From a bacterium (GTDB taxonomy: Bacteria; Omnitrophota; Gorgyraeia; Gygaellales; Profunditerraquicolaceae): 50,942 bases of DNA. The position numbers and the translations under genes are program-made. The notes under the pieces were generated by a model. The model ran no database searches, had not been told where the DNA came from, and worked only from the letters and a program-made list of their open reading frames with translations. Positions 24,001-36,000 of the stretch are shown here, piece after piece (the stretch's first letter is position 1; the number at the start of each line of letters is the position of its first letter). Location of the stretch: contig SCRK01000054.1 of assembly GCA_004298075.1 (NCBI GenBank), forward strand, positions 1 through 50,942, given 5' to 3'.

Positions 24001-27000
24001 AGGGGAAGCCTCTTTATAAGGTGGTGCGTTTTAGAAAGAAGCTTGCTTTGCCGTCTTTGTTTGTGTTTGAGACGGCTTACCAGGTATTAACGGCCATGGC
24101 GTTTCTTTACGCTAACGGTCTTCTCCATGCGGATATTAAATTAGAGAACATATTAATTACCGAACATCGAAAGGTGAAGTTAATAGATCCCTGGTTTAAT
24201 ACGGGAGAAGCTGATTTAGAGGTCCTGAAATCAAAGTGGGAAGAGAGGGCATGTTTTGAGAATCTTGTGTGGTGGCTTTTGTATGAATTCAGGCTAAGGG
24301 AATTCCTGGGGTCGTTTGAGCCGGTTATTTCCGCGCTTATGGAAGTGGGGCCTCATAATCGGCATGAGATAGGCAAGCTGGAATCGGAGGTTTTAAGGCA
24401 TATAAATCTTTTGAAAAACCACGGCATTAAGATTAATAATTTTGACCCCAATTCTTTAATTAACCCCATATATTCATGTTGTGCCTCTCCGCTTAGCGCA
24501 GAAAATCTTATATTATCTAGAGAAGCAAGGGATATTTTGGGCGCGTATCTCGATGAATGCATAGATACCTGTCGTAAATGTGTGCCGGGGAATTCCCGTA
24601 AAGTTATCATAAAGGAGAATAAAATACTTAAAATGGTGATGAGAAGGTCGATGGATAGATCCGTATGTTATTTCGCAGGCAGATATCCGGACTCTAATTC
24701 ACCAGAAGATTATATTAAAAGATATATAAGGGAGGACATTTACTTTAGCTCCATGATAGTAAATATGCTTGATTTCCTGGAAGAATATATTTCCACAACC
24801 TGGTTGTTCCGCTCCGCGGAAGGGTGGATGGATGAATTAAAGGAATATTTTGATGGGTTAATTGTGAAGAGAGAAAACGCGAATGATTTCCGTATCGATG
24901 TGTATTCGTTGGGAGGTTCTTATGGGGACGAGGCCTATAGCATTGCTCTCGTTTTATATGAGTGCCTCGACAGGTATGCGAAAACGCGGCAAAGAGAGGA
25001 TTCGTGGATCAAGAAATGGCAGGTGGGGATAGAAGTGCTTGACCCTAATCTGTTTGCGCTCCACCGCTTCATGGAGCGAAAAAATATTTTACTCGCGAAA
25101 AGCAGCAAATTAGGCATGTTGGGAGATTATCTTGGATATGCGAAAGCAAGAGAGGTCTTTAGCCGGATTAAGAGCTGGATGCAAGCCAGCGCTGTCTATT
25201 TTTCTCCCGGGCTATTTTCTTCGGGAGATGAGGTGAAAAAACTTCTTACCGTATCCAATACGCGCGTAGATGTTATCTTTTCTCTCAACGTTTTGCCTTA
25301 TATCGGCTATCCGGCGATGCAGGATTTATCGCATAGCGTGAAAGAGGGCATAATACTTAGCTTAAAAGGTAACCCAGATTCGGCGCGCTGGGTAACTAAT
25401 TATCAGCTTGACGGACCGGCGCAAATATTCAGGGTCGCGCAGGAAGAAGTGACGCGTCTGCCTAATAAAGCAGGACAGCTAAGACTAAGTGCCTCACCGC
25501 TAAGGTCCGGCATATTTTCTTCTTTCTCAATGGATATCCTTCAGCCGGTATGGCGTCTGACTAATCTCGTGATTGTTTCTTCTCTGTTATTTCTTAATCC
25601 CTCCTACGCTTCTATTCTTCAGAGGCATCCCGTTAATTTAGATGGGGAAAGGACCATCAAGATGGCCATAGGGGTAAGCGAAGGAGTTTGTTTAGAACCG
25701 TTATTAAGAAAAATAAATGTTCCTGCGGATATTGCCAGGGCGATCAGCCGGCTGCCGGCAATAACTCCGGCTAAGGCCATGATCATGTGGAATGTCATTC
25801 TTTTGAAGCCCCAGAGGGTTATTAGCGGCAGCTTGCCGTTTGAGCCGGGAGGCTCCTCTAGCCCGATTTACGCAGGCAAGGATATCTTTGATATTTATTC
25901 TCTGATGCTTATCAAGAGCGATCCCTTCGCTGTCTACCCGGCGATACAAGACCCCGGTCTCTATTTTCATATAGGGCCTATTCTCGCATATCCGAAAGAG
26001 GACAAAAAAGAAGCGGCTCAATTGAAACCTGCTTACAATCCCCCGAGGAAAAGAGTCCCCTGGACGGCTAAATATAGAGAATGGGGGATAATTAAGGAGA
26101 TTATCCCCGACCTGGTCAAGCGCGACGGGTTTATTAGGGAGAAAAGATTTTTAGATGATTATGAAAATCTTATGTTATTCAGAGAAACGCAAAAAGGCAA
26201 CGCGGCTGCCAGAGAAACCTTGATTATGGCATATCTTCCTCTGGTCTACGGGAGGGTAAAAAGGTTCATCGGACTTCATCCTTACTTAATTAATGACCGG
26301 GACGATCTGGTGCAGGTCGGCATTTACGGGAACCATATGATCACGGGAGGGTTTGCCAGGGCAGTGGAGCTTTTTGAGGCAAGAATAGGCTGGATGGGCT
26401 TCTCACACTATGCCACGCGATGGATTGACGCAGCCATGTTGGCGGAGAAAAAGAAGAAAGATAGAATACTCAGCAGGGAATCCCATTTTGATCTTGATCC
26501 GGAGGAGCCTAATAGAAGGGAACCGCTTGAGTTAATACCTGACGAGAATGATTTATTCGAGAAGATAGAAGAGGCAGATGCCTGGTCCGTATTTTTTGAG
26601 GCACTTGAGTATCTCAAGTCAATGATCTCGGAGAGGGACGGCGATATGCTGGTAAGCAGGCTTGCCGAAGAAAGCCTGGTAAGCGTCGGGAAACGTTACG
26701 GAGTATCGCATACTCGTGTTAAGCAAATTGTGGACCAATTAAAAGTGAGGTTAGGTGAAATAATTTATTCAGGCGAGTTCCGCAATGGCCCGGATGCCCT
26801 TCTTAGAGTTTCCAGTAACCTGACTGCCGCTTCTCCCCTTGGAGGTCCAATAGAATGGTACATTCTCCGCAATGAAATACTTTCGGAACCGGTCATATTC
26901 GGCAATAAATTTATACGCAACCATGTCAACCCCTTATCAAGAGAACTGACCGTTGCCGCGGGCTGGGCAGGCACGGATATCGCGAATCTCTGGCTGGCAA

Positions 27001-30000
27001 CCCATTTCTCCACAGCCATTATGATTAACGATTTCAAGATAAGATCCAACAGGCTGGGATTCCATCTTAATAAATGGGAAGAGTTTGACGGCCAATCGGA
27101 TTATTTTGTCCATAAATACGAGCTCGGATATAACTATACGGAGGATTTCTATCCAGACCGCCGCAGGAATATGGAGCCGGAATTCTTTATTTTACAGGAG
27201 CTCCGGGGGATGGGCATCGGCAAGGACCAGATAAGGATTTATACGGATAGCCGGAAAAGGACCGTATTATCTTTCAAGCCGCTTGGTATACAGGAGGAGA
27301 GCAAAATCGTATTTGTTAAAGATAATATTCTTTCTCCGGGAGATAAGCTGAATAATGAATTGTCCGGCAAGCTGAATGTCTACTACCAAAAAGCCTGCGA
27401 AGATTTCGGTTCATGCTATGAGGAATATCTCCCTTCTATCCTAAAATGGATTAAGCCGGGGGGGTTTCTTATTTTCAATCCCTACACCCAGTCAGGCAGC
27501 TATACCATCATCTATGATTTATTAACGGGTTTTAATCGGAGAGGCAATACGAAGCTAGCCCTCTCTTCATCGCAAGATCCCGGCATAGTAGAACAGGCTG
27601 GATACCTGGAGATGAAAACCACCGGCCACGGTTGGGCTATGGAGATCTGGCAGAAATCTTTCTCTGCTTCGCCCCTGCAATCGCAGATGCGGCAGATAAT
27701 CGGTTATAATAAAAAGGGTTGTAGAACGGAAACTTTCTCTTATCAGCCGGGAGGCTCTTTGGGGCGCAACGACAGGTTGCAGGTGAGAGGGGAAACCGCG
27801 CAGTGGTTGGGAGCCAGGGCGCATAATACGGTATTTCAGCATCCCGGGGAACCCTGGGCTATCCGTCTTGGGAGAAGTATTTGCTCCAGAGCGCAAGATG
27901 CTTTATTGTTAGCCGGCCGGGCGTATTATGGTTTTGCCGACCTCTTTAATCGGGGGGTATCCGTACCCAGGCCTGTAGGCATAGCGGTTGCGCAGTGCGA
28001 TATCGGTTACTATCCCTGTTGTTTTGTGTTGAGAGTAGAAGGCAGGAATTTATCGGAGATCATGGAGAAACGTCCTCTCAAAGAGAAGGAGAGGGTGGAG
28101 ATGCTCAATTTAACCTGCCAGCTTATACAGAGCGGGCGGTTTATTCCGGACTTAGACGCGACGCAAGTTATGTCCGGGAAGACCTCTCTGGATGATAGGG
28201 GTGAAAGGATATTCCTGACAGATCCTGACGAGGCAAAGCCATACGACCTGGATATAGCGTTTGTCCTTGAGCATTATAGCCGTAAGCTTACGGGTTTATT
28301 TAATATCCCTGTCTCCCCCCATGGGATTTATAAATTTTATGCCAAAAGATACCTTTTCCCGCTGGCCGTCGCTAAAGGGGTATCCTTTGGACGGGGGGTT
28401 TCTTCTCCGCTAAGCGACCGGGGGTCGATCACGATTAGTAACGATACCTTAGTGAAGAAAATAGGGGCGCGTTATAATTTACCCTGTTGCGCGACAAAAG
28501 ATGCCCAGTTAGAAGATATTAAAAACCACTCTTTTGGTTACAATTTGAATATTCTGCTGGATGTTCTTTATATGATTATTCGCAGAAATTCTTCATCCCC
28601 GATATATTCATACAAAAGCGGTCAGCCTGCGTCGTCCAACATAGAAAGTAAATATATCCTGTCCGCCCGGGCCTGGCTTTTGCTAAAAACAAAGAAGGAG
28701 CTTAAGTGCAGCGTACCGCAGCTTTTTATTTATTCGGAATTAGTCTTTGACGAAATTATTTTAACCAACCCCTATAACCTTCCCGGGCATTTGTTAAACT
28801 ACATAGATACCGTAAGAGAGATGTTCATGCTTCTATACAAGCGCGTGAACGGGGTGCTTGATAGCGATATTGACTCATCCGCAAGCCTGGAGCGGGCAAA
28901 GGGCATCATCCTTATGCTGGAAGACATGCTGACATCCTTGAAATCATTATTGGGTAAATGCCTGAAATGCCGGGAAATTAACAGTTCCGAGCTTAAACGG
29001 AAAATAGAAAGTATCGCCAGCACGGTCAACGATATCGGATGTGTATTTAAGCCATTTTTTGAAAAAAAGACATACATCCAGGTAGATGCCAATATTATTA
29101 TCCAGGAGGTGCTGGATTTGCTGGATTATTACGGTCAAAGATGCTTCGTAAAGACTGAATTTGACCCCGACCTTCCGCTTATTACAGTTATTCCCGCTGA
29201 TTTATATCTGATCTTCTCTGCCATTATCATCAATGCCATGGAGGCATCCGCAATAAAGGGAGATCCGGAAATAACGGTAGAGACGCGTTTTATCGCTCCT
29301 GCCGGTTGCATACAGGTACTTATCAAAGATAACGGCAGCGGCATAGATACGAAATATTTTTCCAAGATATTTGAGCCGCTTTTTACTACCAAGCCGGGCA
29401 GCCTTGGCGTGGGGCTCTCTATAGCTAAAGAAATAGCGCGCAGCTACGGAGGAATGTTAGCGATTTATACAAAAGCGAATAGCGGCACTACTGTGATTGT
29501 TACTTTGCCCGTTGAATTCTCCGCCTCGCCGCTAGAGGCAGAAAAGATCGTTTGCCTGCTCAGGGGAGGTCTTCATCAGGTAAAAGACCCCAGGAATTAT
29601 AAGGAATGGCAAAGGGCCGGATATGGACCGTTAGTCCGCAGGTCTTCAGAAATTCTTGGCGGATGGCATAATGTGGTAAATAAGCTGGGCTTTAAGCCTT
29701 TGACGAGGGAGGAAATCGCGCAGAATAGAATAATATGGACAAAGGAAGAAATAATCCATAGATTATTAAACCCTCCCGTTGAAGTAAGGAATACCTGGAA
29801 TTACAGGCAATGGGAAAAATCCGGTTATTCGCGAATGGTCAGAAGGGCTTCAGAGATATTCGGGGGATGGGAAAATGTATTGAAAGAAATAATGATCCTT
29901 CGTCTCTTTCATTCTCATCGAAAGATAAGGAATCCAATGGACCGCCGGACATGGATAAGAATAGGCCATTTCGAGATGGCCAAACTGGCATTATCCCTGT

Positions 30001-33000
30001 TCGGGTGCTGGGATAATCTACTTAAAGAAGTAATTATCCGCCATCTTAAGAATCCCCCTTCAGAAGTTACCGACCCCAGGAACTCAAAAGAGTGGGAGAG
30101 GGCCGGTTACTGGCAAATGCTGCATTACACAAGGAAGCTTTTAGGAGGTTGGATCAATGCGGTTAAGGCTGCCGGCTATGAGCCTATAGAAAGGAAGGAA
30201 ATAGACAAAAAGAGGACCAAATGGACTCCGGAGGCAATCGATAATCTGCTTTTAAACCCTCCTTTCGATATTGCAGACCCGCGTAATTCACAGGTATGGA
30301 TGGATAAGGGGTATTCGCAACCGGTACACAGGCTCATAGCTACTTATGGCAGTTGGGCCAACGCGCTTAATAAATTCGGCTATATGGCTATTAGGAGACA
30401 ACATTCTCCCTGGCAGGCAAGATATTCGGACTGGAAAAAGGTGGCAGCAATAATACCGGGAGTAGTTTCTGAAAGCGGAATTTTAAGCACGAATGGGTAC
30501 CGAAAATTGAACGATAATGAAATAGCGCGTTTGATACAGGAAGTACGGGATGGCAATGAAGCCGCGAGAGAAGCTTTGATAGTGATAGTAGGGCTTCGTA
30601 TCGTTAAAAGCGTTGCCTGGAGTTTCCGCCGCAGCCCGTTTTTAGGGGTAGATGACCTGGTTCAGGCGGGTATTTATGGAAGCGGCAGAGGGGTGGGAGG
30701 ATTTGCCCGCGCGGCGGAAATCTTTGACCCAAACAGAGAGGGAGGATGTAAATTTACCAGCTTTGCGAGAATTTGGGCTAAGTGGGCCATCATAGGCGAA
30801 TTAAAAAAGGACAGAAGGCCGCAAACTTTTTATCTGGATGACCCTATTAGAGGCACGCTTACCTTTTTCGATATATTACCGGCAGAGCAGGACTTATTTG
30901 CCGATGCAACAGGAATTCTTGAGTTGACCGAATCAATGGAGTCTTTGTCTTTGCTGTCTTCTGCGCCTTCCGTAATCAGTTCTTCCCCGCTGGGTTTGCC
31001 CGCCGAAGGTAACCCATCCCCATGCACTCTGTCTATTAAAGAAACAAAAATATGGCTTGATCAACAATTTAATAGAAGCCCGTCTTTCAACGCAGCAATA
31101 TCTTCCAGCAGCCTTCTGCGCGCTCCTCCACCGGCACTTGCCTTAGTATTTATGCTGTTTTCTAACCTTCCCGCTTTGGCTAGCCTGCCGGCCTCAGCTT
31201 ATTCATATCAATCCATCCTAAAAGAAATAAACGCGACCCTCGAAAATCAGTATCTTAAAGACAAGGTCGCTTTGTTATTGACCGGGATTTTTGGGGTTCC
31301 AGAGGATATCGCCAGGTCAATAGCCTCTTTGGATGGCATGAATACCGCAAGAGCAGCCGGTATTTGGCAGAAAATAAGAGAGGATTATTTGGCGGCGGAG
31401 GACTTCTTTAAAAAAGGCGATTTTGACGAAGCCGTAGATTCCTACTTATCTGTATTGATGAAAGAACCGGATCTCCCCTATATATCTTTTCGCATAGCGC
31501 AGGCATTTTCCGCCGGTGTTGAAGCGGGATGGGGCCAGGAGAAGGGCGGAAAGATTCGCCTTTACTATAATAGCCTTATTTACGCGGATATGGCGGTTAG
31601 CAGGGGTTATCAGGAGTTTGACGTTTATTTGCTGAGGGCGGACATCTTGCTCCGTTTAAGCAGGTTAGAAAAAGACAAATCACAGTTGCTGGAAGCGAAA
31701 GATAACCTTGAGAAAGCGCTCCAGCTAAATCCCGCGTTAAGGCCTCAGGTTGAAAAAAGCCTTGAGTATATTAACCACAAACAACGGGAAATAAGCGCTT
31801 CTTTGCCCGGTAGCTCGCCGCTCAAGAATGAAATGAGGTGGAGTAGCGTAAAAAGCCTGTATTTACCGGCTGACTGGCAGGTGCATACAAACAGGATCGT
31901 TCTGCAGTCCCGGGGTTCAGAGGCGCAGATTACAGAGTTGATTTCAAATATTCCGCCCGACATTCAAGTTGCCGTGGTTGTCAGTCGGCAGTTCCTTGAA
32001 CATCATTCTTCCGCGTCATTCCAAGCCTTGCTCCGGGATGATCCTCGTTCCGAGATCATCGCGGTAAACGGGAATATAGGTATATTCGCGCGGGACAACT
32101 ATCTTTTTACCCTTTCCGAAGAGGGGCCTGTTCTGCTTACTCCCTGCTACGACCTTGAAAGGAATATCCCGGACCAGGATGGCGAACAATGGGTTGCCGG
32201 TTCTTTGGGCATAGAGGTCAAGAAAGCTGATTTTTATTTTGAGGGAGGGGATGTTCTTCCTGCCGGAGAGAATATCTTCGTGGGGGAGAAGGTGATCGCG
32301 CGCAATCGGGAGTATTTTGCTTTGACTGAAAAGCAAGCCCTGGAGAGGATAGCGAAATGGTTCCCTTATCAGGAGGTCGTGCTCTTCCCGTCAATGAGAA
32401 AGATAAGGGGATATTTCCATTTGAATACTTCGGTGACCTTCCTTCCCCGTAAACGGGCGGTCTTAGGTGATGTTAAGCTGGGCTTACGCCAGATAGCCGC
32501 GTTGAGCAGGCGCCAGATTATGCGCCTGGATCCTCTATTTGAGAGCCTATGGACAAAAAGGTGCTGGCTGGCGGGAGGAATAGCCAATTCCGTAAGAAAC
32601 CGTAAAATATACGCGCAAAGGGAAGAGAAATTAACCTCGTTGGGCTACTCCGTTATTCCCGTCCCATGGTATCCTCCACATGAATTTATCCACACAGTCC
32701 CTAATTACAATAATATAGTCTTCCTTGGGGAGGATCTGGCCCTGCTGCCGGTATTCGGGGTTCCCGCCGACGCGCAGGCGACGAGGGCCTATAGAGATAA
32801 TGATATTGATACTATAGCGTTAAACTGGTCGGCTTCGGATTATCAGGGCAGAAACGGTTATTGGCGCTGCTCCATGAATATTGGCGGTATTAATGAGCCG
32901 GCGGTATTATCTTTGCTACCAGGCATGGCCTTTATGCCGGAAGTTATCATCGGCAGGATAAAGGAAAGCGGGCCAGCTTCGCGCAAACCCGTCACATGCG

Positions 33001-36000
33001 GTAAACAACACAGCGCCTCGCCGCTGGCTTCAAGTTTCAATCCTCTGATGGTAAAGACGATGGAATTATTGCTTGATTCTCGCCCCGAGCTCAAGGATTT
33101 GGTCCAAGGCATTAACTCTAGGATAGATGGGCTCGATATAAATAAGGCGCTTAAGGATACAGAACTGCCGGATGAATTCATCGCTCATCTCAAGACGCAT
33201 TGCCCGGAGAAAATACTGGGAGTAAAAGACATGCTAAGGGAAATGGGCACTCTAAAAGATGGTTATTTCCTGGGGGTAAGGGATAAAAAGAGCATATTCA
33301 TCGGATTAATAGAAGCATTTAATCTACAAAATTATGAGGATGCATATGATCAGTTGGGTATCTCTCCTTTTTGCCATAACCACACCGGGAACCTGATGGG
33401 TGCTTTATCTGCAGGTGCTTTTGGTAAGCCCGTGGTATTTTGTTTACCTTCTGGGATTTTTAGCTATGAGGGCGCTTATTATACGCCAAAAGAAGTCAGA
33501 TGGCTGCTAAGCAGATATCAGGCATATCCTGAAATATTAGACAATTTTTATTTTGTCCTGGGTTTGTTTGAGCTTGTGTCAAATACGGAATATATCCCGT
33601 ACCAAGGACTTGAAAATGGATGGAAAGTGGCAGGGGCGATAGCATATGCCTTTAACAAATATTATGACAGGCAAAGCGCCTCGCCGCTGGGGAGCTATCC
33701 GGTAGAATTTATATACTTTTGTAACCCGGGATTTATCCTTGGACTTACTAAGGATATTGAGGTACTGTTGAGCGCGAAAAAATATTCCTTCCCCGCATCT
33801 ATTACCGATAGCCACGAGGGCATACTCCCTTGGCTTAAAAAATATGAACGCATTCTACCTTGCAGCGGAATTCTTGTTTTTGATGACCACGATGACCCAC
33901 TAAGGGATAAGGAAGGCGGATGGATCAGAAAGGCCTTTGAGGATAATTTAATCAGCGGTTATGAAATATTCCAGCCTGGGTCATTAGACGGAAAGTTAAA
34001 ATTAGCCCCTGAAACCCAGGTTCATCGCTATTGGATCAGCATTGAACTGGATTATTTATTTTCAAGGCCAGGTCTGGCAAATTATCAGAAAGATCTGATA
34101 GAAAGAAAATTGCAACAGATAATCGATTACCTCGTATACAATAAAATTGTATGTTGCGGGTTGAATGTGGCCACCGCGATACACGCTTATTATTCATATC
34201 TTCCTGCCGATCTGCCGCAAAAGATTATTTCGCGTACGATTTTGCGCACCTTTGAATTATTCCACAGGTTTGATGTGGAAACAATGTTTCATGTTAACAG
34301 TATACCATCTTCGGGGCAGGAAGTTTTGCCTGAGTTAGGCCCGGAGCCGGCTAATTTTAGTCATTCCACGGCAGAAGAAGGAAATACTTGTTCTTCTGCC
34401 TTGGAGTTAAAAATGGCTGAAAGAGAGGTCCGGTTAAAACTTAAGATTGCCGATAAATTAAGGCGGGAGGGTGCGGTGGATTTACGCCAATTCAGCCAGG
34501 AATTAGGATTAAGCAGGGATGCTCTCGCAAGGTTAATCAAAATTTTAAGGCCGATATTGGGAGAGGTCTGCGATGTAATCGAAAAAGCCAATCTCTTCCC
34601 TACCGGCATCGCAAAGACAAGGATGGCGATTCATCAGGAAGGAGATTGGCATAGAACTGATCATATTATAGGCGTATCTGAGGATGGTTTAAGAGTAGCC
34701 ATACAAACGCGCCGCGACAAGAAAGATAGAGGGGGATTGTTTGTGACCGGTCATCTTGCCGTAGGGGAAAACGCTCAAGAGTCATTAGCCAGGGAGATGG
34801 AGGAGGAAATAGGGGTAATCAACCTCGATATTTCCAGGCTCTACAGGGTGTTCAGATATTTCTATAAAATTGGGAGTAGTGAATATAAGGGTAAACCCGG
34901 ATACGACAAAGACATATTTTTATATAGTACTTCCGATATTGCAAATAGGGAAGTTTCTTATCTGTATCTTTACGTAATCCAAGAACAGGAAGAGCAGCTT
35001 CTTAATCTGGGTATCTCTACCGAAGAAGTAAAGGGGATAAGATTTATCCCATGGGCTGATTTAATAATAGATATATTTGAGTGTCCGGAAGCGTATCATT
35101 CGGCCGTCACGCAGTACTTCATAAGGCCGGACTTTTTCGATATTTTAGCGCAAATTAATTTTAAGGAAGATCATAAGCACCTGCAGGATATTTTTGAGCA
35201 ACTCAACCCGGAATTCCTCAGGATCAGGAGACGGTATATCGCGGGCTCGCCGCTGCGGCAAGAAATCTGCCTTGTTCCGCAGTTATTTAACCGTTCCAGG
35301 CAAAAAAAACTGTTAAACCGGACTATAGAGTTATTGGAAGAAGTTTGTTATTTGGGTAGGGATGCCGAAGGCAATAAAATTGAATACAGATTTACTGTCT
35401 CCCAGGGAAGCCCGGAATACTACCTGCCTGCTAATCCTTCCTGTAGGTTCTGCGGACCGGAAATACAGCGCTTATTCCCGGATACGGCTAATTTTAGTCA
35501 TGCAGCAGTGGTGGTTGACCGGATCACCTTCAAGTCTCTTAGGCCGTATCATCATGAGATAAGATATTCCGTGCAGATATCGCAATACTGTGACTCGGAG
35601 AAAACCTTGTTGGATACTCTCCTGGGAGTAAGCGCCATATGGGAAGATAGCCGGGTAAAACAACTAACAGGAATTAAGGCCAAGACGGCTTCATTAAGGA
35701 TGGCCCTGAAAGCAAGGCTGAGGGACTTGAATAAAGATTTTACCAGATTTTATCCGGATAACGGGGATGAAGAGGGAGCTTCCTCTCCGCTGGCACAGTC
35801 TATCATTAATCCTAAAGATATATCAAGCGGCCAAAAACTTGCCGATATTATTCAGAAGATTATTTTAACTCCCTATCCGTCCTCCAGGCATTATCCGGAA
35901 TACCCGAGGGATCATGGCTGCCATTTCCGCTTTTTTCCCACAGGGACTAAGGCATTCTTCGCTGGCGGCACTGCCTCTTCGCCGTTGGCACGCAGAGAAC

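Noticed and set aside
27678-28412. Possible second kinase-like (LPS/Kdo-kinase-like) module
   Set aside because: There is only vague resemblance (RFIPDLDATQVM, IFLTDPDE) and no clear catalytic loop.
35256-35792. Possible HIT/GalT-like or zinc-binding enzyme (CRFC at 35442-35453; YHHE near 35550)
   Set aside because: Only a CxxC and a His pair are present, and the spacing does not match the H-x-H-x-Q or HIT motifs I know. It is left as unknown.
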